DNA of 64,000 nucleotides from Escherichia phage Ec_YwIITB1. The notes below the pieces were generated by a model. That model saw nothing but the letters and a program-made list of their open reading frames with translations, did not search any database and had not been told where the DNA came from. Location of the stretch: sequence record PQ356294.1. One strand, given 5' to 3'. The position numbers and the translations under genes are program-made. Every line of letters starts with the position of its first letter. Position 1 is the first letter of the stretch. Below, in pieces: positions 41,550-53,600 of the stretch.

Positions 41550-43814
41550 TCATAATTTACAGGATGAACAATCTTCAGCTTTTGGAGTTTCTATTTCATA
41601 ATCATCAGTACCAGAACCGTCACGGGTATTATGATAATAGAAATTTTTTCCGCCAAAATACCAAAAATACAAAAGGTCATCAATCATTATTGACATTGGA
41701 ACCTTTCCTTTTGGAAAAATCTGCGGGTCATAATATGTATTCGCTGAAGCTGATTGACACACCCATTTCAGCATAATAGCTACTTGCGTAAGATAAGGTT
41801 TATTGCCTTTCTTAGCTAATTTCCATGTATAATCATAGAGGTCTATGTTGTGCTCAATATTGGGCACGACTTGATTAAAGGAGCCCTCTTTTGATTCTTT
41901 AACAGAGACTGGTCCACGTGGAGGCTCGATACCGTTTGTACTGTTAGAAACTTGGGAAGATGACTCACATGGCATAAGTGCTGATAATGTGCTATTACGG
42001 ATGCCAAAGAGCTTAAGGTCTTCCCGCAGCGACGACCAGTCACAAACGTATTTTGGAGCTGCGATTTGGTCAATCTTTTTATTGTACCAGTCGATAGGTA
42101 ATTCGCCTCGAGACCAACGAGTGTCTGAATAATATTCGCAAGGTCCTTTTTCTTTGGCGAGCTTAATGGATGCTTTAATGAGTCCATACTGTAGTCTCTC
42201 AAATAGTTCATGTGTTAAATCGTTAGCATCTTCATAAGAAGCAAAATTACTTGCCAGCCAAGCTGCATAGTTAGTAACACCTACGCCAAGGTTTCGACGT
42301 TTTTTAGCTTTTTCTGCTTCAGGAACTGGATATCCTTGGTAATCCAAAAGATTATCAAGAGCACGAACTTGGACTTCTGCCAATTCATTAATTTTATCTT
42401 GGTCTTGCCAATCGAAGTTATCTAACACAAATGCAGATAACGTACACAATCCAATTTCAGCATCAGGACTATTCACATCATTTGTTGGAATAGCAATTTC
42501 ACAACACAAGTTGCTCTGACGAATAGGTGCCTTTTCACGAATAAACGGAGTATAGTTATTCGTATTATCTATGAACTGTACATAAATCCTTGCTGTTCCT
42601 GAGCGTTCAGTCATGAGCAATTCAAACAGTTCACGGGCTTTAATACGCTTTTTACGAATATTAGGGTCTTTTTCTGCAGCTTCATATAATTCACGGAAAC
42701 GGTCTTGGTCTTTAAAATAAGAATAGTAAAGTTCGCCACCCATTTCATGCGGACTGAACAAAGTAATGTAATCATTCTTTCCAAATCGTTCCATCATCAA
42801 ATCATTCAGCTGGACGCCATAATCCATATGACGGATACGGTTTTCTTCTACACCTTTGTTATTTTTCAAAACGAGAAGATTTTCAACTTCCAAATGCCAA
42901 ATAGGATAATAAGCAGTAGCAGCGCCGCCACGAATTCCACCCTGTGAGCATGATTTAACAGCAGTTTGAAAATGTTTCCAAAAAGGAATAACACCAGTAT
43001 GACGTACTTCACCTGTGCCAATCTTAGAACCTTCGGCACGAATCATACCAACGTTAATACCAATTCCAGCGCGTTTGGAGATATACTCAACAATTGAAGC
43101 GGAAGCCTTATTGATAGACTTTAATGAATCACCTGCCTCAATAACAACGCATGAACTAAACTGCCGAGTTGGAGTACGGCAACCAGCCATAATAGGGGTT
43201 GGCAGTGAAATCTGTCGAGTAGATACTGCTTCATAAAAACGAATAACGTGTTTTAATCTATCAACAGGTTCATCTTGATGCAATGCCATTCCAATAGTCA
43301 TAAATGCAAACTGTGGAGTTTCATAAATTTGACCAGTGGTTTTATCTTTAACTAGATATTTTTCTTTTAATTGCATCGCCCCGGAATAAGTAAATTCCAT
43401 ATCCCGTTCGTGCTTAATTTTTGATTCTAAAAATGTAATTTCTTCTGCTGAATATTTTGACAACAATTCAGGGTCGTATTTACCTTCATTTACACAGTAA
43501 GAAATATGGTCAATAAATGAACGTGGTTCATACTGCCCGTAAACATGCTTACGAAGAGCGAACATTAAGCAGCGTGCAGCTACATATTGATAATCAGGCT
43601 CTTCAACTGAAATAGAATTCGCAGCAGCCTTAATTACAATGGTTTGAATGTCATCAGTTGTCATTCCATCACGGAGATATGATTTAATATTTTCATATAA
43701 TTCATAAGGATCTACAGATGTTCCTTCAGCTGCCCAAGATAAAACTTTAATAATTTTTTGTGGGTCAAAGCTCTGAGAAACACCACTACTTTTGATAACA
43801 TTAATTAATTGCAT
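41550..43814 (-). CDS. nrdA: Ribonucleotide reductase alpha subunit NrdA
   Basis: 754-aa ORF matching T4 NrdA. Confidence 0.95.
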   Translation of the reverse strand: MQLINVIKSSGVSQSFDPQKIIKVLSWAAEGTSVDPYELYENIKSYLRDGMTTDDIQTIVIKAAANSISVEEPDYQYVAARCLMFALRKHVYGQYEPRSFIDHISYCVNEGKYDPELLSKYSAEEITFLESKIKHERDMEFTYSGAMQLKEKYLVKDKTTGQIYETPQFAFMTIGMALHQDEPVDRLKHVIRFYEAVSTRQISLPTPIMAGCRTPTRQFSSCVVIEAGDSLKSINKASASIVEYISKRAGIGINVGMIRAEGSKIGTGEVRHTGVIPFWKHFQTAVKSCSQGGIRGGAATAYYPIWHLEVENLLVLKNNKGVEENRIRHMDYGVQLNDLMMERFGKNDYITLFSPHEMGGELYYSYFKDQDRFRELYEAAEKDPNIRKKRIKARELFELLMTERSGTARIYVQFIDNTNNYTPFIREKAPIRQSNLCCEIAIPTNDVNSPDAEIGLCTLSAFVLDNFDWQDQDKINELAEVQVRALDNLLDYQGYPVPEAEKAKKRRNLGVGVTNYAAWLASNFASYEDANDLTHELFERLQYGLIKASIKLAKEKGPCEYYSDTRWSRGELPIDWYNKKIDQIAAPKYVCDWSSLREDLKLFGIRNSTLSALMPCESSSQVSNSTNGIEPPRGPVSVKESKEGSFNQVVPNIEHNIDLYDYTWKLAKKGNKPYLTQVAIMLKWVCQSASANTYYDPQIFPKGKVPMSIMIDDLLYFWYFGGKNFYYHNTRDGSGTDDYEIETPKAEDCSSCKL

Positions 43815-44131
43815 AAGTCCTCAACTTGAAAATCGTCTTTAAACAATCGGTTAACTATATGAGCTATTATATCACCATGACACGGCTTTGGTTTACATGT
43901 GCATCCTAGCCTCATTCCACGTAAAGGCTCTAAATGTGCTTTAGTTATTTCTCCGGATTTAATTCGACGTATAAAATCTTTTTTGAATAATTCAATGGCA
44001 GCCTCCCGGCTGCCAGCATCTTTACCGACGTAATTTCCCCAAAATGTACCACGGTGAATATTAACATCAAAGTCGGATTTATATTTATTCACTACCTGAC
44101 ATAGACGGCCCGCGCGGTGATAATTCGTCAT
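43805..44131 (-). CDS. Hypothetical protein with C.C.P..CH.D motif (DUF4326-like)
   Basis: 108-aa ORF; conserved-looking VNIHRG...WGN...[12 protein letters not shown] pattern. Confidence 0.55.
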   Translation of the reverse strand: MTNYHRAGRLCQVVNKYKSDFDVNIHRGTFWGNYVGKDAGSREAAIELFKKDFIRRIKSGEITKAHLEPLRGMRLGCTCKPKPCHGDIIAHIVNRLFKDDFQVEDLCN

Positions 44132-44360
44132 ATTGTTTTTCCGTTAAAACAGTAATATCATAATAACAATCAGAAGAAGTTTTAACTGTAGAAATTTTAT
44201 TATCAAAATACTCACGAGTCATTTTATGAGTATAATATTTTTTGCCATAAATGATAATAGGCTGATTTGGTCCTGGAACTTCTAACTCGCTTGGATTAGG
44301 AAGTGTAAAAAGAACTACACCAGAAGTATCCTTAAATCGTAAAATCATATATCCTCTCAA
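44085..44360 (-). CDS. Hypothetical protein
   Basis: 91-aa ORF between td and nrdA; overlaps next ORF by about 47 nt. Confidence 0.45.
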   Translation of the reverse strand: MRGYMILRFKDTSGVVLFTLPNPSELEVPGPNQPIIIYGKKYYTHKMTREYFDNKISTVKTSSDCYYDITVLTEKQYDELSPRGPSMSGSE

Positions 44361-44371
44361 TTAAATTAAAA

Positions 44372-45231
44372 TTACACCGCCATCTTTCCTTTAATTGGCG
44401 GGTGAGATACATAGTTGTTAAGAACAAAATTATGCGGCTTTGCGAATTGACTCAACCAAAATACCTGCGATTCTGTGTCCCATTCATCAAATTCATCTGG
44501 AAATTTTAATTGTAATTCGCATAAATCCATAGGTTCACGACGCAAAATTTCTTTACATTGTTCTACGTGATTCATATAGATATGAGTATTACCACCAGAA
44601 AATATCAAATCTCCTGGAATAAGTTTACACATCTTAGCTACAATATGAACTAACGTAGCATATGATGCAATATTAAATGGAAGACCGAGGAAAACATCTA
44701 CCGAACGTTGATACCACTGCAAATCCAAATAGCCATTACGCACATTAAATTGATAGAACATATGACAAGGTGGTAATGCCATTTGCTTGAGTTCAGCTGG
44801 ATTCCATGCTGAAACAATTTGACGTCTATCATTTGGCAGTTTTTTAATACGATCAACAACTTCTATAATTTGGTCTACACCACCAAAATCGCGCCACTGT
44901 TTTCCATAAATTGGACCAAGTTCACCACTATGGTATCCTAAATCTTTTGCTTGATTTTCGTAATTTTCATCCCAGACTGTTTTGCCTTGAATTAATGAAT
45001 CATGTTGAATTAATCGCAAATCATTGACATTTGTGCTTCCCGATAAAAACCATATTAGCTCAGCAATGCAAGCTTTCCAGGCAAGCTTCTTAGTCGTTAC
45101 TGCAGGAAAACCTTTAGTTAAATCCCAGCGTAATTTAGTACCGAACAAAGCAATTGTTCCTGTGCCTGTTCGGTCATCGGTTTCGTAACCATTTTCCAGG
45201 ATATCTTTAATTAAAAATTGGTATTGTTTCA

Positions 45232-45232
<1 letters not shown>
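44372..45232 (-). CDS. td: Thymidylate synthase (intron-less)
   Basis: ORF 44372..45244; start at MKQYQF...; continuous ORF with no intervening sequence; matches T4 Td apart from a variable C-terminal segment. Confidence 0.95.
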
Positions 45233-46257
<1,025 letters not shown>

Positions 46258-46267
46258 GTTATTTTCC

Positions 46268-46510
46268 TTAAACAGACTTTTTCACAATTTTCCAATCAGC
46301 TTTAAACTGATCAACATCAGAATGATAAATCCAGAATCCTGCGCTTTCTCCATCCTCATAAAGAGAGCATCCATCGCATTCATCTTCCCATCCCATATCA
46401 CGCAAAAGATGTTCAGCTTTTTCAACAAGTTCAGAATCTTTACCGATGATATTAAAATACCATTTACCTCTAACTTCTGAATCTTTAATACTCTGGCGTT
46501 GTAATCTCAT
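46268..46510 (-). CDS. Hypothetical protein (frd.2-like)
   Basis: 80-aa ORF with early promoter-like element upstream. Confidence 0.55.
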   Translation of the reverse strand: MRLQRQSIKDSEVRGKWYFNIIGKDSELVEKAEHLLRDMGWEDECDGCSLYEDGESAGFWIYHSDVDQFKADWKIVKKSV

Positions 46511-46535
46511 TTTATTCTCCTTAGTTGATAGGGTA

Positions 46536-46565
46536 ATAGTATCACACTACTACCCTTCTGTAAAC
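46536..46565 (-). promoter_or_regulatory. Early promoter-like element (-35 GTTTAC, 18 nt, -10 TACTAT)
   Basis: Upstream of ORF 46268..46510. Confidence 0.45.
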
Positions 46566-46950
46566 TACTTTTTGAAAGTTTTTCGCAAAAGTTCAATGAT
46601 TTCATCTACATTGTTTTCATCAACAATGCAGTGAATTTTTGTTACGCCAGAAACCTTGTCTTCGACTTCATCTTCTTCGGAAGTCGGTTCTTTATACTCA
46701 CGAAAACAATGAAATTCGTCTTCGCAAATTTCTAAAAGTCTATCTTTGAGGTAAAAATGCTTTCCGTTAGCGCACAAATGATTTCGGTTACATAATCAAA
46801 GCCATCTAAATTTGATATTGATTTAACTTCAAACCAACCACCATTTTCTTGAATGATGCCGACCATATTAGTATTTGATGAACTAATATCAATGAAAGAT
46901 TTAATACGATGTATCAATAAGTCTTGGAACAAGTTCATACTTTTTGCCAA
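46565..46950 (-). CDS. Hypothetical protein; two overlapping ORFs (46732..46950 and 46565..46777) that may be one gene split by a frameshift
   Basis: Adjacent ORFs overlap by 46 nt in different frames; downstream ORF has no ATG start. Confidence 0.4.
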
Positions 46951-47001
46951 TATACATTACGTTTTCCTCATTTTAACGGGGCTGTAATAGCCCTTTGATA
47001 A

Positions 47002-47250
47002 TTATTGTTCAATCAGTCCCATGTAAAATTCTGCGTCTTCAGAATCCATGCCATCACAATATTCATTAGCCATAAAGCGGGTGAGATCTTCAAGAGGACC
47101 TTCAATAATGATTTGAATACTCCAAAACTTAGAATCTTGCACGCTTGTGATACTAAGTTCAGGATAACGATTACGAATAATTTCTTCGAAATATTCGTAA
47201 TCAATAACATCAATATCAACTTTAGCCATATTGTTTTCCTCTTTAATCAT
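47002..47250 (-). CDS. Hypothetical acidic protein
   Basis: 82-aa ORF downstream of gene 32 terminator, early promoter-like element upstream. Confidence 0.5.
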   Translation of the reverse strand: MIKEENNMAKVDIDVIDYEYFEEIIRNRYPELSITSVQDSKFWSIQIIIEGPLEDLTRFMANEYCDGMDSEDAEFYMGLIEQ

Positions 47251-47272
47251 CAGCAGTATTGCCGATAGTTGT

Positions 47273-47302
47273 ATAGTACCATAGTTCTTGCGGCATGTAA
47301 AC
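47273..47302 (-). promoter_or_regulatory. Early promoter-like element (-35 GTTTAC, 18 nt, -10 TACTAT)
   Basis: Upstream of ORF 47002..47250; shares extended similarity with the motA promoter region (GATAGTTGTATAGTACCA...GTAAACC..TTTGTGAAAAA). Confidence 0.5.
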
Positions 47303-47322
47303 CACTTTGTGAAAAAAATTTT

Positions 47323-47351
47323 GAAATAAAAAGGGGACCTCTAGGGTCCCC
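47323..47351 (-). terminator. Gene 32 terminator hairpin (GGGGACC-CUAGA-GGUCCCC + U-run on minus strand)
   Basis: 7-bp GC stem immediately downstream of gp32 stop, followed by T-run on the minus strand. Confidence 0.65.
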
Positions 47352-47373
47352 AATTAATTAGTAATATAATCTA

Positions 47374-48282
47374 TTAAAGGTCATTCAAAAGGTCATCCAG
47401 GTCCGTGTCATCAGCACTAGATGAACTGCCAGAGCTTGAGCTCATAAAATCATCTTCAGTTTTTGTATTGAAGTCGTCAACATTGAATGCATCCAAATCA
47501 TCAGCAACTTTATCAGCTTTCTTAGCGGCAGTCGCTGCGGCACCACCCATAGCAGCAGTTCCCATAACTTGACTGAATTTAGTGCTCAGTTCTTCAAACG
47601 ATTTGAATTTATCTTTAGAAGTCATTTCAGAAAGGTCAACCATTTGTTCAAACAGTTCTTTCTGGAAAGATTCATCATCAATGTTTGGAATCGCAGATTG
47701 ATTCAGGAATTTAGATTCGTCGTAGTTACTAAAACCAGAAACTTGTTTAACTTTCAGTACAAAGTTAGCACCTTCCCACGGACAAGTTACATCAACCGGA
47801 GTTTCACCCATTTCAACATCAACTGCAATCATTGCATTGATTTTATCCCAGATTTTCTTGCCAAAACGGTATTTAAATACTTTACCTTCATTTTCTGGAG
47901 CAGCTGGGTCTTTTACTACAAGAATGTTAGCCCAGTAAGAAGTTTTACGTTTAACAAGACCGTACTCTTTATTGTCAGTATTGTACAAATCATTTTTACT
48001 GATATACTGACATACTGGACAAGAATCGTAATCACCGTGGGTAGATGAACAGTTTTCAATATACCATTTACCATTTTTCTTGAAACCGTGATTTACAAGA
48101 ATTGCGAATGGTGCTTGTTCATCATTTTTAGACGGAAGAAAACGAATTACTGCTTGACCGTTACCCGCGTTATCGAGTTTCAGTTTCCACTCGCCTTTAT
48201 CTTCAGAAGAAAAACCACCTTTATTTCCAGCCAGTTTAGCCATTTGTGCAGCGAGTTCAGCAGTAGATTTACGTTTAAACAT
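47374..48282 (-). CDS. 32: Single-stranded DNA-binding protein gp32
   Basis: 302-aa ORF matching T4 gp32 (zinc ligands, acidic C-terminal tail [22 protein letters not shown]). Confidence 0.95.
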   Translation of the reverse strand: MFKRKSTAELAAQMAKLAGNKGGFSSEDKGEWKLKLDNAGNGQAVIRFLPSKNDEQAPFAILVNHGFKKNGKWYIENCSSTHGDYDSCPVCQYISKNDLYNTDNKEYGLVKRKTSYWANILVVKDPAAPENEGKVFKYRFGKKIWDKINAMIAVDVEMGETPVDVTCPWEGANFVLKVKQVSGFSNYDESKFLNQSAIPNIDDESFQKELFEQMVDLSEMTSKDKFKSFEELSTKFSQVMGTAAMGGAAATAAKKADKVADDLDAFNVDDFNTKTEDDFMSSSSGSSSSADDTDLDDLLNDL

Positions 48283-48381
48283 TTTTATTTCCTTTTTAAT
48301 TTAATTAACAGTTGGTGCTATGACGATGTATGACCTCATAGCTGGTCAGTGAGATAATTATAATATATTTATAATAAGCAA

Positions 48382-49035
48382 TTAATACTTGCAAGATTTC
48401 ACAGTTTCAATAAAAACACTTTTAGCTTTCTGTGAATCAATATTTAAAATTTTTCTATAAGCCTTTAACTTTATAGAATAATTATTCCAGACTAAATTAT
48501 CAGTCTGTTCATCATGTTTATCGATTATATTTAAAAACGAATCAAGTAAGATAAACGTTTCAAACGAAATTATATTCGATTGAAGTAGTTTAAAAATATA
48601 ACTTGATTGAACTTTTGGATTATACTCAAAGATTTCTTTAAAAGCAGAAACTTCAACTTTTTTACTAAAATAATAAATGTTGCGAATATCTTCTTCAAAC
48701 TTAAATTTAATTTGCTTTAAGCGTCCGATATATTCACGATAAAACACAAGTGCATCAGCGTCAGAGATGTCACCAATCCAAGCATCTTGGTTAGCAACAA
48801 GATTGCTTATAAAGATTAAAGCAAGTTCCTTTAATTTATATTTTTCTGATAACTTCTGGAAAAAATACTTATCCCTTCGCTTTTGATAAGCGGCATCAGA
48901 CACCCGCATGCACCAATTATACTTAATTACATCATACTTTCCATTCATATGTTGTTTTATCATTAAGTATAATTTATAAACTGATTTACCATCAATGTAT
49001 CTTTCACCACCAGCAGGCATGCGGAGTTTAATCAT
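48382..49035 (-). CDS. 59: Helicase loader gp59
   Basis: 217-aa ORF matching T4 gp59. Confidence 0.95.
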   Translation of the reverse strand: MIKLRMPAGGERYIDGKSVYKLYLMIKQHMNGKYDVIKYNWCMRVSDAAYQKRRDKYFFQKLSEKYKLKELALIFISNLVANQDAWIGDISDADALVFYREYIGRLKQIKFKFEEDIRNIYYFSKKVEVSAFKEIFEYNPKVQSSYIFKLLQSNIISFETFILLDSFLNIIDKHDEQTDNLVWNNYSIKLKAYRKILNIDSQKAKSVFIETVKSCKY

Positions 49036-49370
49036 AGTAGAAAATCTAATGTATTAGTTTTTTCACAACGAACAACAGAAGGACGTAAAAGATTTTCGTC
49101 AATAGCTTCTGACTGAATTTTTTCAATTATACCCGAAGGAATAAATTTAGCAAATTGAGTTTCAGGAATAGAATTTTCTTCTAAGAATGCTGTTGTAGCT
49201 TCAAGATAACTCATTCCAAACTCTTCTACCATTTTTTCAATAATAAATCCATTTTCTTGACGATCAAGAAGCTTTGCAATTTCATCTTTTTCTTTCTTAA
49301 TTGAAAGTTCTTTTTCTGAAAGACCGGTCTCATCGACCGGACGAATATCATTTAGAGAAAACTGCATCAT
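49032..49370 (-). CDS. 33: Late transcription co-activator gp33
   Basis: ORF 49032..49379; start trimmed to give 112 aa; matches T4 gp33. Confidence 0.85.
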   Translation of the reverse strand: MMQFSLNDIRPVDETGLSEKELSIKKEKDEIAKLLDRQENGFIIEKMVEEFGMSYLEATTAFLEENSIPETQFAKFIPSGIIEKIQSEAIDENLLRPSVVRCEKTNTLDFLL

Positions 49371-49617
49371 AAAGTTCAACTACCTCTTCAGTTTCAGCTT
49401 CAAACACATCACGGTTATCTTTATGATACAAAGCTAACAGACGATTAAACATCTTGCCATCAACACCAAGTTCATCTTTGGCACGAATTCGAATATCTTT
49501 AATCAATTCATTATAACCAGAAATTTTCAGTTTATGATCAGATGCTTCTTTAATAAATTTAGCCAAGTCTTCGCCATGGATAGCTTCATCAAATTCAACC
49601 ATTTCTTTTTTAGCCAT
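49348..49617 (-). CDS. dsbA: Double-stranded DNA-binding protein DsbA
   Basis: 89-aa ORF at conserved position between rnh and 33. Confidence 0.8.
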   Translation of the reverse strand: MAKKEMVEFDEAIHGEDLAKFIKEASDHKLKISGYNELIKDIRIRAKDELGVDGKMFNRLLALYHKDNRDVFEAETEEVVELYDAVFSK

Positions 49618-49625
49618 TATTCACC

Positions 49626-50543
49626 TCAAAATTCATTAATGCTATTAGTTAATTTAGAAAGACCCGCTTTTACAAAATATGAATAAATTTTGCCACGCGG
49701 TGGTAATTTATATGAATTATAGTAATTCACAATGTTTGAAGCAATATTATCAGGAATATAATCAAAATCAATTAGAACTAAATTTTCTTTATATCGATTA
49801 TATTCAGATTCGGTAAGAAGCACCTTAGCTTGCTCGCGGTCATTAGCAATAGCTTCAACAATAGAGGTTTTCATTGAAGGAGTTCGTTCACCTTCAACTC
49901 TGGTAAACCAAAAGTCAGATCGTACTTTAACTGAAGCAACGTTATCCTTTTTGTCGCCTTTAAGGATTTTAGTCATACAGTCAATTTCAGCAGAACCGCT
50001 TTTAATTTTAACCCATTTCTTGTGCATCGGTGACCATTGCTTAACATTTGGGTATTTGTGAAGTTGAGTAAAGTCACCATCCGACGAAATGATTAAAATC
50101 TTGTGTCCTTCTAAAGAGAACTTTTTAACAAGAACAGCGATATGATCATCTGCTTCATACTTATCAATATCCATAACGATGTATGGCATATAAGCTTTCA
50201 ATTCATCTATAACTTTATGACTGGATTCAAAATAACCTTCCCAGTCCCAAGTAGATTCTTCTCGTGCTTTTCCGCGGTTTTTCTTATAATAATAAGCGAA
50301 ATCACGACGCCAGTATCCAGATTTCGCGTTATCAATACACAATACAATTTTAGTGTATCCAAGAGTTTTTGCTTTTTTAACATTGAACTTAATTGAGTTC
50401 AATATCAAATGACGAACCATTGATAAATTAATTTTTTCTTTATCTGGGAAGTTTACCAGAGCAGTTGAAAGCGCAATCTGACTAAAGTCAATTAAGCAAA
50501 TTCCTTCTTTGTAATCTTCATCCAGCATCATTTCTAAATCCAT
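49626..50543 (-). CDS. rnh: RNase H (5'-3' exonuclease, FEN-1 family)
   Basis: ORF 49626..50558; start at MDLEMMLDED...; matches T4 RNase H (305 aa). Confidence 0.95.
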   Translation of the reverse strand: MDLEMMLDEDYKEGICLIDFSQIALSTALVNFPDKEKINLSMVRHLILNSIKFNVKKAKTLGYTKIVLCIDNAKSGYWRRDFAYYYKKNRGKAREESTWDWEGYFESSHKVIDELKAYMPYIVMDIDKYEADDHIAVLVKKFSLEGHKILIISSDGDFTQLHKYPNVKQWSPMHKKWVKIKSGSAEIDCMTKILKGDKKDNVASVKVRSDFWFTRVEGERTPSMKTSIVEAIANDREQAKVLLTESEYNRYKENLVLIDFDYIPDNIASNIVNYYNSYKLPPRGKIYSYFVKAGLSKLTNSINEF

Positions 50544-50605
50544 ATGAACCTCGTTCAATTAGTGAGATTTCTATTATATACTATCTAAATCTTAAAGTAA
50601 ACAAG

Positions 50606-50613
50606 TATAAATA
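50606..50613 (+). promoter_or_regulatory. Late promoter TATAAATA for gene 34
   Basis: Exact motif 34 nt upstream of gp34 ATG. Confidence 0.65.
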
Positions 50614-50647
50614 CTTATTATTGAAAACACAATAGGAGCCCGGGAGA

Positions 50648-53600
50648 ATGGCCGAGATTAAAAGAAAGTTCAGAGCAGAAGATGGTCTGGACGCAGGTGG
50701 CGATAAAATAATCAACGTAGCTTTAGCTGATCGTACCGTAGGAACTGACGGTGTTAACGTTGATTACTTAATTCAAGAAAACACAGTTCAACAATACGAT
50801 CCAACTCGTGGATATTTAAAAGATTTTGTAATCATTTATAATAATCGTTTTTGGGCAGCAACGGATAATATTCCAAAACCAGCGGGAAGTTTTAATAGAA
50901 TTCGTTGGAAAGCATTACGTACTGATGCAAACTGGACAACTGTTTCGTCAGGACCTTATCAATTAAAGTCAGGTGAATCAATTTCAGTTAATACTGCAGC
51001 AGGAAATGATATCACATTTACTTTGCCAACTTCTCCAATTGATGGAGATACTATCGTTCTTCAAGATATTGGTGGAAAACCTGGAGTTAACCAAGTTTTA
51101 ATTGTAGCTCCAGTGCAAAGTATTGTAAACTTTAGAGGCGAACAAGTACGTTCAGTACTAATGACTCATCCAAAGTCACAGATAGTTTTCATTTTTAATA
51201 ATCGTTTGTGGCAAATGTATGTTGCTGATTATAGCAGAGAAGCTGTAGTTGTGACTCCAGCAAGTTTCTATCAAGCGCAATCAAACGATTTTATCGTGCG
51301 TAGATTTACTTCCGCAGCGCCGATTAATATTAAACTTCCGAGATTTGCTAATCATGGCGATATTATTAATTTCGTTGATTTAGATAAATTAAATCCACTT
51401 TATCATACAATTGTCACGACATATGATGAAACAACTTCAGTACAAGAAGTTGGAACTCATTCCATTGAAGGCCGTACATCGATTGACGGTTTCTTGATGT
51501 TTGATGATAGTGAAAAATTATGGAGATTGTTTGACGGGGATAGTAAAGCACGTTTACGCATTATAACGACTAATTCAAACATTCGTCCAAATGAAGAAGT
51601 TATGGTATTTGGTGCGAATAACGGAACAACTCAAACGATTGAGCTTCAGCTTCCAACTAATATTTCTGTTGGTGATACTGTTAAAATTTCCATGAATTAC
51701 ATGAGAAAAGGACAAACAGTTAAAATCAAAGCTGCCGGTGAAGATAAAATTGCTTCTTCAGTTCAATTGCTGCAATTCCCAAAACGCTCAGAATATCCAC
51801 CTGAAGCTGAATGGGTGACTGTTCAAGAATTAGTTTTTAACGGTGAAACTAATTATGTTCCAGTTTTACAGCTTGCTTATATTGAAGATTCTGACGGAAA
51901 ATACTGGGTTGTACAGCAAAACGTTCCAACTGTTGAAAGAGTCGATTCTTTAAATAATTCTACTAGAGCAAGATTAGGCGTAATTGCTTTAGCTACACAA
52001 GCCCAAGCTAACGTTGATTTAGAAAATTCTCCACAAAAAGAATTAGCAATTACTCCAGAAACATTAGCTAACCGTACTGCTACAGAAACTCGTAGAGGTA
52101 TCGCAAGAATAGCAACTACTGCTCAAGTAAATCAGAACACTACATTCTCTTTTGCTGATGACCTTATCATCACTCCTAAAAAGCTGAATGAAAGAACTGC
52201 TACAGAAACTCGCAGAGGTGTCGCTGAAATTGCTACGCAGCAGGAAACTAATACAGGTACTGATGATACTACAATCATCACTCCTAAAAAGCTTCAAGCT
52301 CGTCAAGGTTCTGAAACATTATCGGGTATTGTAACTTTTGTATCTACCGCAGGAGCTACTCCAGCCTCTAGTCGTGAATTAAATGGTACAAATGTTTATA
52401 ATAAAAATACTAATAATTTAGTTGTTTCGCCTAAAGCACTGGATCAGTATAAAGCTACTCCAACGCAACAAGGTGCAGTAATTTTAGCAGTTGAAAGTGA
52501 AGTAATTGCTGGACAAAGCCAAGAAGGATGGGCAAATGCGGTTGTAACACCAGAAACGTTACATAAAAAGACATCAACTGATGGAAGAATTGGTTTAATT
52601 GAAATTGCTACGCAAAGCGAAGTTAATACAGGAACTGATTATACTCGCGCAGTCACTCCTAAAACTTTAAATGACCGTAGAGCAACTGAAAGTTTAAGTG
52701 GTATATCTGAAATTGCTACACAAGTTGAATTCGACGCAGGCGTCGACGATACTCGTATCTCTACACCATTAAAAATTAAAACTAGATTTAATAGTACTGA
52801 TCGTACTTCTGTTGTTGCTCTATCTGGATTAGTTGAATCAGGAACTCTCTGGGACCATTATACCCTTAATATTCTTGAAGCAAATGAGACACAACGTGGT
52901 ACACTTCGTGTAGCTACACAAGTTGAAGCTGCTGCAGGAAAATTAGATAATGTTTTAATAACTCCTAAAAAGCTTTTAGGTACTAAATCTACCGAATCGC
53001 AAGAAGGTGTTATTAAAGTTGCAACTCAGTCTGAAACCGTGACTGGAACGTCAGCAAATACTGCTGTATCTCCAAAAAATTTAAAATGGATTGTGCAGAG
53101 TGAACCTACTTGGGCAGCCACTCCAGCCATAAGAGGATTTGTTAAAACTTCATCCGGTTCAATTACATTCGTTGGTAATGATACAGCTGGTTCTACGCAG
53201 GACTTAGAGCTATACGAGAAAAATAGTTATGCAGTATCACCATATGAATTAAACCGTGTATTAGCAAATTATTTGCCGTTAAAAGCAAAAGCTGCTGACG
53301 CAAATTTATTAGATGGTCTAGATTCATCTCAGTTCATTCGTAGGGATATTGCCCAGACAGTTAATGGTTCACTAACCTTAACCAAACAAACGAACCTGAG
53401 TGCCCCTCTTGTATCATCTAGTACTGCTACGTTTGGTGGATCAGTTTCAGCAAATAGTACACTAACTATTTCTAATACTGGAACGGCAACTCAATTAATT
53501 TTTGAGAAAGGACCTCAAACTGGAACAAACCCGACTCAAACAATGACTGTAAAAGTGTGGGGAAATCAATTTAGCGGAGAGTCAGACACAACACGTTCTA

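Noticed and set aside
47569-48048. Plus-strand 159-aa ORF inside gene 32, and similar antisense ORFs elsewhere (916..1224, 1619..1921, 5142..5486, 36442..36828, 40597..40902)
   Set aside because: Entirely embedded antisense to strongly conserved genes; compositionally odd (Phe/Ile/Asn-rich from AT-rich antisense codons); no start signals.
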